This document shows, in pieces, positions 26,326 through 39,600 of a stretch of DNA of 64,000 nucleotides. The stretch covers positions 39,786,752-39,850,751 of the forward strand of contig NC_092394.1 in NCBI RefSeq assembly GCF_030028105.1, written 5' to 3'. The notes beneath the pieces are model-generated. The model did not search any database and was not told the origin of the DNA. It saw only the letters and a list, made by a program, of their open reading frames with translations. The DNA comes from Mobula birostris (lineage: Eukaryota). The stretch's first letter is position 1. Each line of letters begins with the position of its first letter. Both the position numbers and the translations under genes were made by a program.

Positions 26326-27769
26326 TATGTCAAAGGTCAGAGGGAGAAGTCAGGAAAATGAGGTTGAGGAGGATAATAAATCAGCCGTGATGGAATCGTG
26401 GAGCAGACTCGATAGGCCAAATGGCTCTTGATTTGAGAGAACTTTGGAAAATTACAGTTAGTAACTGTATTGTTCTTTCCTTCTGTTGAAAGTTCTGTGA
26501 AGGGAACCATCTGGTTCTGTGGCCCCAGTTGCCATTGTTTTCTTCATCCTTGTTTCGTGATTTAACCCTGCTGAATTAGTATCCTTTATATTTTTCCCAA
26601 GTTAACTGGAATACTATTTTCTATTATAAATACTGGAACAATATACTTAATTCAACAAATTAATTATTTTTTCTTTTTATTTGCAATTTCACTGGCCACC
26701 TCTTTTTATGAAAATTTAGAAAATTCCTTTTCAAACATCTCCTTCAGCTTTACTGTTATTGGTCTCTTTGTATATTTACACTGTTCACTGTGGACAGTTG
26801 CCCAAATAAAGAATCTCAGTGGAAATTTCAAATGTACAATTTCAGACATTGTATAAATATTAAATTTCATCCTTGCTCACCAATTCTTTTTCTGCATTTT
26901 CCACACTCATTAAACCCAAGGTATTTGAGCTGAGGTTGGTGGCAAGAAATGGGGCTTGAATTACGAGCATGACTTAAAATTTAAAAGGAAAAATACTTCC
27001 ATGAACAAATAGATTTAGTAATGTTTATAATTAGGGTGGCAAACTTGGGTGTTAGAAAAGAAAGCTTTGAAGAATGATTTTATCTTGTGATACTTAGGTC
27101 CCAGCCATTGTAGTCAGTCTCATTAGAGGTTCCTTGCGTGACTCTCTTATTCTGCAGTCTGCCGATGTAATGCACTCTGGAATAATGCCAATACTTGTAT
27201 TTTAGTTTTTGATGTGGAAAAGAGGGCCCATAGCATACTGATGCATCTCAGATGGTTAAGTACTTATGGAAATCTTTGCAGGTTGCATAAGATCTTGAGG
27301 CACATGATCAGAAGCTAATGAAATACAGTGTTCCTTTTAGAAAAGTGGTTAAACGAAATGCAAGAAGCCATCCCCTTAGCCACCTTTCTATTTTATTTAC
27401 GTGAAGCATATATGAATAGGTTGAATGGCCTAATTCTGCTCCTATGCCTTATGGTCATTTTACTTAGATTAATTAAAGGACCCCTCTTCTAAACTTCCTG
27501 ATATATCCAATATGGTCTTACTCTTTCACTTGTGTTTTGTTAAAATATTGAGCTATGTGTAATGCAGAATGCAAACCCTGGTAGGTATTTGAGTTTGTGA
27601 TGCTTTGATTGCTGTTGTAGCTGAGCATCCTGACTGTGGTGCCCCAAGGGCACGACTGAAGTTCTTGAGATGCTTCTAAGATCTTCGATAGCTATGTATT
27701 ATGATATAACAATTCAAACATTTTTGGGATGGCATGATAGCAGAAAAATGTACAAATATAAATTCAACT

Positions 27770-28880
27770 TGACAGAGATTAGGGACTGCTTTGTCAAGCA
27801 TCTTTGTTCTGTCTCTCACAAAAGGCCAATTCAGATTTATTGATCATGTATATCAAAACAGTGAAATGTAATTTACGTTAACAACCAACACACCAAAGGA
27901 TGTTGAAGGAGCAGCCTGTAAGTGTTGCCATACACTCTGGTGCCAATGTGAGGAATTGAGGATATTAAAAAATCCTTTTGAACCTATGTAACCTCTGGCT
28001 AAAAGAATTAATTGGGACTGAATAAGAATTCTTGAACTGAAGCTTTTCTGTGCTGTAGTGTTCTATGGAAGTAAACTCTGTCTTCAGCAGTTAGCTAAAA
28101 AAAAAACTGGATTATACTAGTTCTCCCTTGAGAGTTTGATAACATTGTACCTTCGTTTGAGTAGGGGGAGGAGGACTCATCGACAAGGACAGGAATGAAT
28201 ATCCGTCTGTAATTAAGTCAGTGCCTAGCAAAGGGAATAACTGATAAGGACTGGACAGTACGTCCATCTGTAATTAAAACCTTGATTTAGTGGACTGTCT
28301 TATCTTTTTGCTCCAACAGACTTTGTGGGAGTACCAGTTCTAAAAACATCTTGCAACAGTAATATATGTATAAATATACGGCTGTAACCTGACTAAGTGG
28401 GCCCACTTGTTGGGTAGTGGCAGTACTTACGTGCCTTCCCTCTAACAACTGGGTCTCAAACTCCTGCAGGAAGGTGCGCAATAAACTGATGTAACTATAA
28501 GAAGCTGGTCTCCTGGGTTTTATTCAGATTCAACTTTAACAAATGTAGTATGACTACAATGTTCAGCAGAACAATACAAGAACAAAACAAGATGACAACA
28601 GCAAAACAACTCTTTTCCCAACCTCAATGTCACACCCTTAAACATGTACACGCAGACATGCCTCTAACCCAGGTTGCCACTGGGCAGAATTTCCTGGTGG
28701 CTACCAATTTCATTTTGACTTCCCATTCCCATGCTGACATGTCTGTCTGTGGCTTCTACTGCCATGATGACGGCAATCTCAGGTTTTTAGGAGTAATACC
28801 TCATGTATTGCCTGCGTACCCTCCAACCTGATGGAAGGAATATTGATTTCTCTAACTTCCAGCAATTTCTCTCCCTCCTT
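27770..28880 (+). mobile_element. Penelope GIY-YIG relic (27770-27828 and 28685-28880) interrupted by a minus-strand SINE (~27830-28685)
   Basis: RLGDCFVKHLCSV then HSHADMSVCGFYCHDD...LQPDGRNIDFSNF; SINE tail and body in between. Confidence 0.7.
27949..28541 (+). mobile_element. Candidate solo LTR (ERV- or Gypsy-type), 593 bp
   Basis: TG...CA termini, 4-bp TSD AATG (27945-27948, 28542-28545), internal direct repeats (tctgtaattaa x2), TATAAA 28369, AATAAA 28480; cleanly interrupts a SINE. Confidence 0.72.
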
Positions 28881-28944
28881 GTTCCTAACTGTACATTCAG
28901 CTCTCTTTTGTTGTGATAGCTATCCATACAGACCACCAAACACA

Positions 28945-29990
28945 AGACCATAAGATATAGAAACAGAATTAGGCCATTTGGCCTGTTGAGTCTGTTCCAC
29001 CATTTCATCATGGCTGATCCATTTTCCTCTCAGCCCCAATCTCATGCCTTCTCCCCTATCCCTTCATGCCCTGACTAATCAAGAATCTATCAACCTCACC
29101 CTTAATTATTCCCAATGACTTGGCTTCCAAAGCCACCTGTGACAATGAATTACACAGATTCTGCCCCCTCTGGCTAAAATTTTTCTACATCGCCATTCTA
29201 AAAGGATGCCCCTCCATTTGAGGTTGTCGCAGACTCCCCCACCATAGGAAACATACTCGTTGCATTCACTCTATCAAGGCTTTTCAACATTTGATAGGTT
29301 TCAATTAAGTCACCATTCACTTTTCTGAATTCCTGTGAGTAGAAGCCCAGAGCCATCAAATGCTCCACATATGACGAGCCTTTCAATCCTGGAGTCATTT
29401 TCTTGAACCTCCTTGAACCCTCTCCAATGTCAACACATCCTTTCTTAGATAAGGGGACTAAAACTCTTAATAATATTTCAAGTGAGGCCTCACCTATGCT
29501 TTACAAACACTCAACATTACATCCTTGTTTTTATATTCTAGCCCTCTTGAAATGAAAGCTAAAACTGCAGGTTGAGTTTGTGGTGAGGAAGGCAAATATA
29601 AACTAACCTTCAGGGAATCCTGCACAAGGATTCCCAAGTCCCTTTGCACCTCAGGTTTTTGAATTTTCTCTCCATTTAAAAAGCAGTCCATGCTTTTATT
29701 CCTTCCACCAAAGTGCAGGACCATACATTTTTCAACACTGTATTTCATCTGCCACTTCTTTGCTCATTCTTCTAATCTAAGTCATTCTGAGCCTTTCTAC
29801 TTCCTCAAAACTACCTGCCCTTCCACCTATCTTCGTATCGTTTGCAAACTTGGCTGCAAAGCCCTTAATTCTGTCATTGAAGTCCTTGACATATAATGTA
29901 AAAAGAAGAGGTCCCAACACAGAACTCTATGGAACACTACCAGTCACTGGCAGTCAACCAGAAAAGGCTCTGTTTATTCCCACTCTTTGA
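28945..29990 (-). mobile_element. CR1 LINE 3' ~1 kb
   Basis: MKYSVEKCMVLHFG, QRDLGILVQDSLKV; CR1 tail. Confidence 0.85.
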
Positions 29991-30939
29991 TTTTAGCCTT
30001 AATTTGCTTTATTGTTAGGAGGCTTTTTTGATGCTGGGAGCGAGGCAAAGTAGGTTTCAACATGGTGTTTCTTTCTTTCCTTCAGCATTTTTCCATGGGT
30101 GGATTATGGCGAAATGCTTGAGAAACAAAACATGTTTTCTGAAATTCAGATAGGTACCATCTGGTGTGATAACTTATTTTTAAAATCAGGACATCAAGTA
30201 CAATGTCTTCCTTCTTCACTATTTATGAGGAAGGAAGAATTTAGTTGCCCATGACAATTCTAGAGTTTGTGGTAACATTCACTGGTCACCCCATTCATAA
30301 CTTATTGTCCTTCAACATTTTTTATTCTGAATGGAGATGGATTTTCATTGTCTCTGTGCTAAGTGGTAGGGATTCTTTTTTTTCCGGTGTTGGTAAAGTG
30401 GCCAAGCTTGCTATTTGAATTGGAGAAATCTGAGTTTCCCATCTTATGCACAGCTTTAGGCATATGGCATTGAGGTATTCTGTCAATCCTGCTTCTTTAT
30501 TTGCGTCTCTATCTTTTGTACCAATCCTAGAGGATAGTTTTGAAAGCCATTGACCAGCAAGCAATGTCACAGCCATGGCATACATGCTACAAGCTGTTGA
30601 GTGTAAGATTCTAATAAATTTTGTGAAAGTTCTCTGAGATGTGGAATTCAGCTGCTTCTTCTGGCAGTCTATTCCATAGACACACTGCCTTTTCTGTATT
30701 TTTTTTTTTAAAAAAGGTTGCCCCCCCCCCCCCCTTCATCATTTTAAACGTGTCCTTTAGATCTTGATTCCCAATTTGGGGGTGGGGGGGAGAAGACTAT
30801 TTGAATTCAACTTTTCTATGCCTCTCATGATTTTATACACCTCTATAAGGTCATGTCTCAGTATTCTGCATTTCATGGAATAAAGACTGAGCTGATTATT
30901 TCTAAAACAAAACGAATAAGAAATTTGGCTATACTTCTC

Positions 30940-31320
30940 GTTGCCCTAGTAAAGCAGCCAGCATAATCAAAGACCCCACTCCAGACATTCTCTGTTCTCC
31001 CCTCTCCCACTGGGCTGAAGTTACAAAAGCCTGAAAGCATGTATCACTAGGCTCAAGGATAGCTTCTATTCTGCTGTTACCAGACTCTTGAACAAATTTC
31101 TTGTACTAAAAGATGGACTCTTTACCTCACAATCTACCTTATGATCTTACACTTTATTGCTTCCTTGCACTGCATTGTAGCTGTTATATTTTGCATTTTG
31201 TTATTGATTTACCTTGTTCTACCTCAGTGCACTGTGTAATGATTTGATCGTTATGAACACTATGCAGGACGAGCTTCTCACTGTGCTTTCATAGTGACAA
31301 TAAGAAACCAATTTCCAATT
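30940..31320 (+). mobile_element. Rex1/Babar 3' tail fragment
   Basis: aaagcagccagcataatcaaagacccc...gacaataagaaaccaat tail. Confidence 0.65.
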
Positions 31321-31439
31321 CTAATTAGTAAGCAGTGTTGTCAGTGGGAAAATGGTTTCTAACAGACCAGTTTGCTGATATTGGATTCTTTTTGGTGTTC
31401 TTGCATAATGGAAATGTAGGTCCCTGGCGTGTTTTTAAA

Positions 31440-32110
31440 GTCAGAGTTATACAGAATGGAAAAAGGCCCTTTGGCCCAACTAGTGATGCCGACGTCCCTG
31501 CTAGCCCCAGTTGCTTGCATTTGGCTCACATACTTATCTAACTGCCTCTTTAATGTTGCAATTTTACCCGCTCTGGCCATTTCCTCTGGCAGCTCATTCC
31601 AGGTTCAGTGTGAAGAAGCTGCCTTTCTGGTCATCTTAAAATCTCTCTTCCTTCCTATCTTGTATCTGTGCCCTTTAGTTTTGGACTTTAAAAACTTGGA
31701 AGACAATATTATTCATAACCCTCATGCTTTTGTAAATTTCTGAGGTTGTTCTTCACTCTGCTTCGTTCTAAGGAATAAATGCTCAGAATGGCCAAACTCT
31801 CCCTGTAATTCAGATCCTCTGTCCAGGCAGCATCCTTGTAAATCACTACTTCACCCTTTCCAATGTATTTGCTGTAGCATGATGACCAAAACAGTATACA
31901 ATACTCCAAGAACAGCCTCACCAGTGACTTGTGCAACTGCAGCACAATATCCCTACTGCAGCACAACTCTGTGTCCTGACTGAAGGTCAGCAAGCTAAAT
32001 ACCTTTCTCGTTGTGTAGCTGATTTCAATGCACTTGTACTCCCAGGTCCCTCTGTTTCACAACACTTGGTGCCCTGTCATTCACTGTGCATGCCCTACTC
32101 TTGGATCTTG
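31440..32110 (-). mobile_element. Old CR1 fragment
   Basis: SRDIVLQLHKSLVRLFLEYCILFWS. Confidence 0.7.
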
Positions 32111-33444
32111 ATGTTTTTGATCTAAGGTTCTTCGGAAGTAAAGAATGAGACACAAAACTTGTTGCTTATGGCTATACTTACCAAAGCGCTTTTAAAAAAA
32201 ATCAACAAATGAATGATGAAGGGGCGATAGTGAGGAGCAAGAGCCTAGTAGCAAAGGGGAAGATGAAGTTACAAAAATATTAAAGGGTGTTCATAGGATT
32301 ATGTCATTGATAGGTAGATTGGTTTTGTAAGTAGGCATCCTTGCATGGGTTTGAACTACTCTCTTAATGATTGTGTTTATACAAGTAAAAAAGATGCAAG
32401 TTATGATCAGGCTTGTCAGAACAAATATGACTCAGAACATTGGAGTAACCCCAGCTTTGTAGACTTAATTGAATCCAGTCAAAGAAATCCTATTAATCAG
32501 ATTGATGTATTTTATTTGTTTCTTTACAAATATGATCAGCCAAATCAGTTATGTCTTCAGACATTTCAGATATGTAAGTACACTACTTCATGCCTATAAC
32601 TGCACATGTTCTCCCCCTCCCTCCCCCCAATCCCTAACTGCTAAGAGAAGATCTAATGCCATACAACTTTGAAGAACCGTCTTGTGCATAGCAACTACTC
32701 TGTTGTTACTTTACCCAGGGTGCCAGCAGTGTCATTGCTTGCTCCTTTTAAAGCTGCAGCAACATTTTTAATCTTCCTTATACTTCTTGCAACACCATAA
32801 AATGGGGATAAAATTGAAGCAAGACTAACTCCTTCTGAAATGTCCTGTTTACTTTGAGACTAGGGATGTAATGATAAAGTCCATGTATGTCTCATAGCAG
32901 GAAAGACATAACCCAAATAACAAGATCCTGACCAATTACATGGAAAGGGATATAACCACATAAAGTACATATTATTCCATAAACTTAGACCGTTTCTTAT
33001 TTCTTGACAAGAACCTGGCTGAACCATAATATTTTTCTGATGCACATTGTATAATTACATAAAAAATTGCTCTACTGGAATGGTACCCTCTGAACTCAAG
33101 CAAAAGGTAGCATTTATAGTAAACACATGAAAGATTTAATGGCTTTGACATGAACATTAGATGCAGATATAGGGACCTCCCAGGATAAGACATGAGTGGG
33201 GTCATCTATAGTGCCTATAAAAAGTATTCACCCCCCCCCCCACCCTTGGAAGTATATGTTTTATTGTTTTACAACATTGAATCACAGTGGATTTAATTTG
33301 GCTTTCTTTTTACACAGATCAACAGAAAAGGTCTTTTGTGTTGAAGTGAAAACAAATTTCTACAAGTTGATCTAAATTTATTACAGTTATTAAACAAATA
33401 ATTGATTATGTAATCAATTATTAAATAATATTTGATAACATAAT

Positions 33445-35690
33445 GCCATACTAGATCTAGTATTAGGTAACGAACCAGGTCAGGTCACAGATCTCTCAGT
33501 GGGTGAGCATCAGGGAGACAGTGACCACCGCTCCCTGGCCTTTAGCATTATTATGGAAAAGGATAGAATCAGAGAGGACAGGAAAATTTTTAATTGGGAA
33601 AGGGCAAATTATCAGGCAAAAGGTTAGAACTTGCAGGTGTGAATTGGGGTGATGTTTTTGTAGGGAAATGTACTATAGACATGTGGTCGATGTTTAGGGA
33701 TCTCTTGCAGGATGTTAGGGATAAATTTGTCTCAGTGAGGAAGATAAAGAATGGTAGGGTGAAGGAACCATGGTGACAAGTGAGGTGGAAAATCTAGTCA
33801 GGTGGAAGAAGGCAGCATACATGAGGTTTAGGAAGCAAGGATCAGATGGGTCTATTGAGGAATATAGGGTAGCAAGAAAGGAGCTTAAGAAAGGGCTGAG
33901 GAGAGCAAGAAGGAGGCATGAGAAGACCTTGGCGAGTAGGGTAAATGAAAACCTCAAGACATTCTTCAATTATGTGAAGAACAAAAGGATGACAGGAGTG
34001 AAGGTAGGACCGATTAGAGATAAAGGTGGGAAGATGTGCCTGGAGGCTGTGGAAGTGAGCGAGGCCCTCAATGAATACTTTTCTTCGGTATTCACCAATG
34101 AGAAGGAACTTGATGACAGTGAGGACAATATGAGTGAGGTTGATGTTCTGGAGCATGTTGATGTTAAGGGAAAGGAGGTGTTGGAGTTGTTAAAATACAT
34201 TAGGATGGATAAGTCCCCAGAGCCTGCTGGAATATTCCCCAGGCTGCTCCATGAGGCGAGGGAAGAGATTGCTGAGCCTCTGGCTAGGATCTTTATGTCC
34301 TCGTTGTCCACGGGAATGGTACCAGAGGATTGGAGGGAGGCGAATGTTGTGACCAGTGAGCCTTGCGTCTGTGGTGGGAAATCTGTTGGAAAAGGTTCTT
34401 AGAGAAAGGTTCTGTGGGCATTTAGAGAAACATGGTCTGATCAGGGGCAGTCAGCATGGCTTTGTGAAGGGCAGATCATGTCTTACAAGCCTGATAGAGT
34501 TCTTTAAGGAGATGACCAGGCATATAAATGAAGGTAGTGCAGTGGATGTGATCTACATGGATTTTAGTAAGGCATTTTGACAAGGTTCCATACGGTAGGC
34601 TTATTCAGAAAGTCAGAAAGCATGGAATCCAGGGAAGTTTGGCCAGGTGGATTCAGAATTGGTTTGCCTGCAGAAGGCAGAGGGTCGTGGTGGAGGGAGT
34701 ACATTCGGATTGGAGGGCTGTGACTAGTGGTGTCCCACAAGGATTGGTTCTGGGACCTCTACTTTTCGTGATTTTCATTAATGACCTGGATGTGGGGGTA
34801 GAAGGGTGGGTTGGCAAGTTTGCAGATGACACAAAGGTTGATGGTGTTGTGGATAGTGTCGAGGATTGTCGAAGATTCCCAAGAGACATTGATAGGATGC
34901 AGAAGTGGACTGAGAAGTGGCAGATGGAGTTCAACCCGGAGAAGTGTGAGGTGGTACACTTTAGAAGGACAAACTCCAGGGCAGAGTACAAAGTAAATGG
35001 TAGGTTACTTGGTAGTGTGGAGCAGCAGAGGGATCTGGGGTACATGTCCACAGATCCCTGAAAGTTGCCTCACAGGTATATGGGGTAGTTAGCCTTCATA
35101 AGTCGAGGGATAGTGTTTAAGAGTCGTAAAGTAATGATGCAGCTCTATAAAACTCTAGTTAGGCCACACTTGGAGTACTGTGTCCAGTTCTGGTCGCCTC
35201 ACTATAGGAAGGATGTGGAAGCTTTGGAAAGGGTTAAGAGGAGATTTACCAGGATGCTGCATATTTTAGAGAGTATGCATTATGATCAGAGATTAAGGGA
35301 GCTAGTGCTTTACTCTTTGGAGAGAAGGAGGATGAGAGGAGATATGATAGAGGTATACAAGATATTAAGAGGAATAGAGAGAGTGGACAGCCAGCGCCTC
35401 TTCCCCAGGGCACCACTGCTCAATACAAGAGGACGTGGCTTTAAGGTAAGGGGTGGGAAGTTCAAGGGGGATATTAGAGGAAGGTTTTTTTACTCAGAAA
35501 GTGGTTGTTGCCTGGAATGCACTGCCTGAGTCAGTGGTGGAGGCAGATACACTAGTGAAATTTAAGAGACTACTAGACAGGTATTTGGAGGAATTTAAGG
35601 TGGGGGGGTTATATGGGAGGCAGGGCTTAAGGATCGGCACAACATTGTGGGCCGAAGGGCCTGTACTGTGCTGTACTATTCCATGTTCTA
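33445..35690 (+). mobile_element. CR1 LINE, 5'-truncated ORF2, nested in the Tc1
   Basis: LDLVLGNE, PEDWREANV, YMDFSKAF, GVPQGLVLGP, FADD, RPHLEYC, tail gtactgtgctgtactattccatgttcta. Confidence 0.92.
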
Positions 35691-36071
35691 TAATTACTCA
35701 TCCCCTTCAAGTCAGTATTTAGTAAATGAGCCTTTGGCAACAGTTACAGCCTTGAGTCTATGTGGATAGGTCTCTATCAGCTTTGCACATCTGGACATTG
35801 CAATTTTTATCCCATTCTTCTTTATAAAACTGCTCAAGCTCTGTCAGATTGCATGAGGATTGTGAGTGAACAGCCTTTTTCAAATCCATTCACAAATTCT
35901 CAATTGGATTGGGGTCTGGACTCTGACTCCAGGACATTAACTTTGTTGTTTTTAAGCAATTCCTGTGTATCTTCGGCATTATGCGTAGGGTCATTGTCTT
36001 GGAAAACAAATCTTCTTCCAAGTCACAGTTCTCTTGCAGACTGCATCAGGTTTTCCTCCAGGATTTCCCTG

Positions 36072-36649
36072 TGTAACGCACTGTAAGGTTTTGCTGCTAA
36101 TGTATTGGCCTCTCTGTAATATTTCACTGCTAATGTAGCAGCAATGTTTGGGTTATGACTAGAGATAACGAGGGCTTTGGAATATGTGCCATCCAATGAG
36201 AGACATGTTGTTTCTTTCTTGTGAGACTGAGAGAAGGCATTCGTGGGCTTTTGTTCGGTCGAAGATGGAGAGAGAAGATGCCAGACCGGGGAAGTTGCAG
36301 ATAACAGGATGGAGTGGACTTGGAATGGGGTTGGGATTCGACGCCCGGGGAGAAAATCGAGGGAGAATGAACCAATGGGAAAACTGTGAGCTCCAACATT
36401 GCAAAATAGATTGTTTCATGAGAATGGGCCCTTTTTTTTTTTTTGTTTCTTTACTAACCCTACAATCAAATTAAGAATTATAAAGCTCAGTTGTTTAATT
36501 GCATGTTGTGTACTGTTTGTTATTTCATGGTACTGATATGTCACAGGAACACCTCACGCAGCATCAACCCAAACAAGATTTCTTAAGTTTGGCGGGGCCA
36601 AAGGCTGTCTTTCCCTAGAGTAAGCCACTAGCTGAACCTAAGGGTTACA
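36072..36649 (+). repeat. 5' LTR of the Gypsy element
   Basis: Direct repeat of 40499-41085, TG...CA ends, followed by the PBS. Confidence 0.9.
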
Positions 36650-39600
36650 ACTGTGGGGGTATCGTTCTGGGATTGATTTCATTGGATGATGTGTGATTAC
36701 CCTGAGCATTGAACCAGTGGAGTAGATATTCGTACTCTGGATGAATTGTTAATTCGCCTGCTAAGTACTGTTAAAGTTACGTTTGTGGGTGGAGGTTTGA
36801 TAAAATGGTGCGCACAGCGCTGACGTGGCGGAGCAGGCCGAATCACAAGTCAAGTTTCCCGTAGCTGGGGGAAGAGATTTCAAAGATGGGGTTCTATCGT
36901 TTCTGAGGAGTGAGGAGGAGTGGTCATATTTGGAATGCCTAATTAGTCCATGTCCCCCCAGGGAAGAATGAGAATTCTGAGTTAGTATCCGCCCTTATCT
37001 CTCTGGCGAATAAATGGAAAAATGCCTAGATTTACAGTCCCTGCTATGGAAGGCTCTGCCTATTCTCTGGAATAACGCCCACCCCTAAAGGGGAGGAGGA
37101 GTATGAGACTTGGGCGGAGCAGACCTCTGTGGTTTGATGAGTGGCAGTGCTCTGATAACATAAAGTGACAGAGATTGGTTGAGAGTTTGAGTGGGCGGGC
37201 TGCTGACATTGTGAGAACTGTCAGGCTGCAGTATCCCCTAGCAACCGTCAGCGATTACCTGTGAGCACTGGAAAGCTCTTTGGCCTGACAGGAAGTCCAA
37301 TGGAGCTCATGGCGGGGTTTCAGAACATGCGTCAGGAGAAGGGGGAGAAGCTTTCTGCCTACATTTTTTGTCTAGAGAGGCAGCTAAATCGCTTGCAGCG
37401 CAGAGGGGTCAGTCAGGCGGCTGAGGTGGATCAGTTAAGAATGGACCGGGTAGCCTAGGGCGCCCGGTCCTACGACCTGATTGCCTGGGGTCTCCGACAG
37501 TCTCATAAGACATGCCCCCCCCCCCCCTCCTTTAGTTGAGCTGATCAGAGAGGTACGGGAGGAGGATGTGTCGGAGGGGTGGAAGACTCCAGCAGGGTAC
37601 GGCCCTCGGTAGTGGTCCCCTGCGGTGAAGTGACCACAGATAGCCTACCCCGGGGAGCGGTAGAGGAGATTGTGGCAGAGTTGAGAACTGAAATGTCTCG
37701 GCTGTTATTAGCGGGTGTGATTCCCACCGCGCCTCCCCCCATATGATGGAGCTGATGGAGATACGGATCCCCAAAGGTGACGAACAATGCAGAGGGCTGC
37801 TAGCAGCCAGTGTAACGCGAGAAAGAAAGTGAGCCCCCAGATACATAAGCAGAGAGAGTCGTTGGAAAAACTTAGAGAAGACACAGTGAGAGAGAAGACA
37901 CAGTGAGGGAATGGCCTGGTGTCTTTGGGGGAACATGTTCCCAGCAATATACCAAGGAACCCCTGAAAGCGAAAGGCCCTATTCCTGAAGGCTTAGTGGG
38001 ACCATGCTCCAGTGTGTCACTACATATAGAGAGTATTTATGCTGAAGCCATACTCGACACTGGGTCACAGGTCACATTGCTGTACTGTTCGTTTTACAAC
38101 CGGTATCTGAAGCATTTACTATTGACACCATTCGGGGCACTAGAGATCTGGGGTCTTAGTGCTGGTGATTATCCATATGACGGTTATTTGTCAGTGAAGC
38201 TGGAGTTCTTGGAGGCCGATGTGGGAGTATCTGAGGCCCTTGATACATTGGCCCTGTTGAGAAGGGTGGTGTTTCAATTCTGGTGGAGACAACACCCCTC
38301 TTGTGAGGAGGCTCATGAGGGCCTGCAAGGAGAAGCTGGCGAGAGCTTTCTGGGCACATTGTTCATGCACCTGGTATTTCGAGCTGCTTTTGAGGAAGTG
38401 CATGGCTGTATTGGACCGGATGCTGAATTTAGATGAGGAACTGTGTGGTTCACTCAGTTGAAGCCAGTGGTAGTATGGCTCGGGAAAGTAGCCAGAGTGA
38501 TGGGGACCCCCAAATTTCCCAGAGTGCCTGAGAGTGAGGCCCTCTTAGTGGACGCTTCGGAAGACCACGAGGGAACTGGTGAGGCCCGAACTGCAGAAGC
38601 TCTAGGTTGAACAGGCGAGCAGGATGGCAGTGATTGCCCCTGGCACATCCGTTCCCGGTGATGGTAACGTCTTGTGTCCCTGTGAGACAAGCCAGGTAGA
38701 AATTATTGGAAAAAGGGAGAATGTTGACCACTGAGTCATTCAACTTCGGGGACTTCCCAGTTCCTGTGGGTTGGAAGAGGAGGTTGGTAGAGAAGATGTT
38801 GAAGCTGGAAGGTGTCTTTTCCACCAACTGGTTTGATGGGGGTTGTTCCAAGAGCATATGTCACACTATCCAGGAGACCGAGGATAGCCCGTTCAGAGAA
38901 AGGTCACAGTGACTGGACCCTGCAGTGGTATAAGGCATATATATAAGTTGAAGGACGCTGGGATCATCACTGAATCCCGAAGCCCCTATGCATCCCCAAT
39001 AGAGGCGGCCCGAAAGAAGAATGGGAAGGTACAGATGTGCGTGGACTATAGGACTCTGAACAGATGCACCATCCCTGACCAGTATATGGTCCCGAGGATC
39101 GAAGACGCACTGGCCTGTCTTGAGTGGTGCGAAGTAGTTTAGTGTGCTGGACTTGAGTGGATATTACCAGTTCCCCATGAGTGAGGCCGACAAAGAGAAG
39201 ACAGCTTTTATATGTCCCCTGGGATCTTCCAGTTTGAAAGGATGCCCCAGGGCATATCAGGAGCCTCTTCAACATGGAGAAGACGGTGGGGGAGATGAAC
39301 TTGCTTCAGGTATTGGTGTATCTGGATGATCTCATAGTGTTTGGGTCCGCCTTGAAAGAACATGAAGCGAGGCTGCTGAAGGTGCAGGGCCGCCTGAAAG
39401 CTAAAGGGTTAAAACTTTCCCTTTAGAAGTGCCAGTTCTGCAAAATCTCTGTTAGCTATGTTGGGCACTTAGTCTCATGGGATGGAGTAGCTACAGATCT
39501 GGCTAAGCTAGAGGCAGTGACCACTTGGCCAAGACCCCAGACTGTGAGCGCTCTGTGCTCATTCCTTGGGTTCTGTGGTTACAATTGGAGGTTCATGAAG

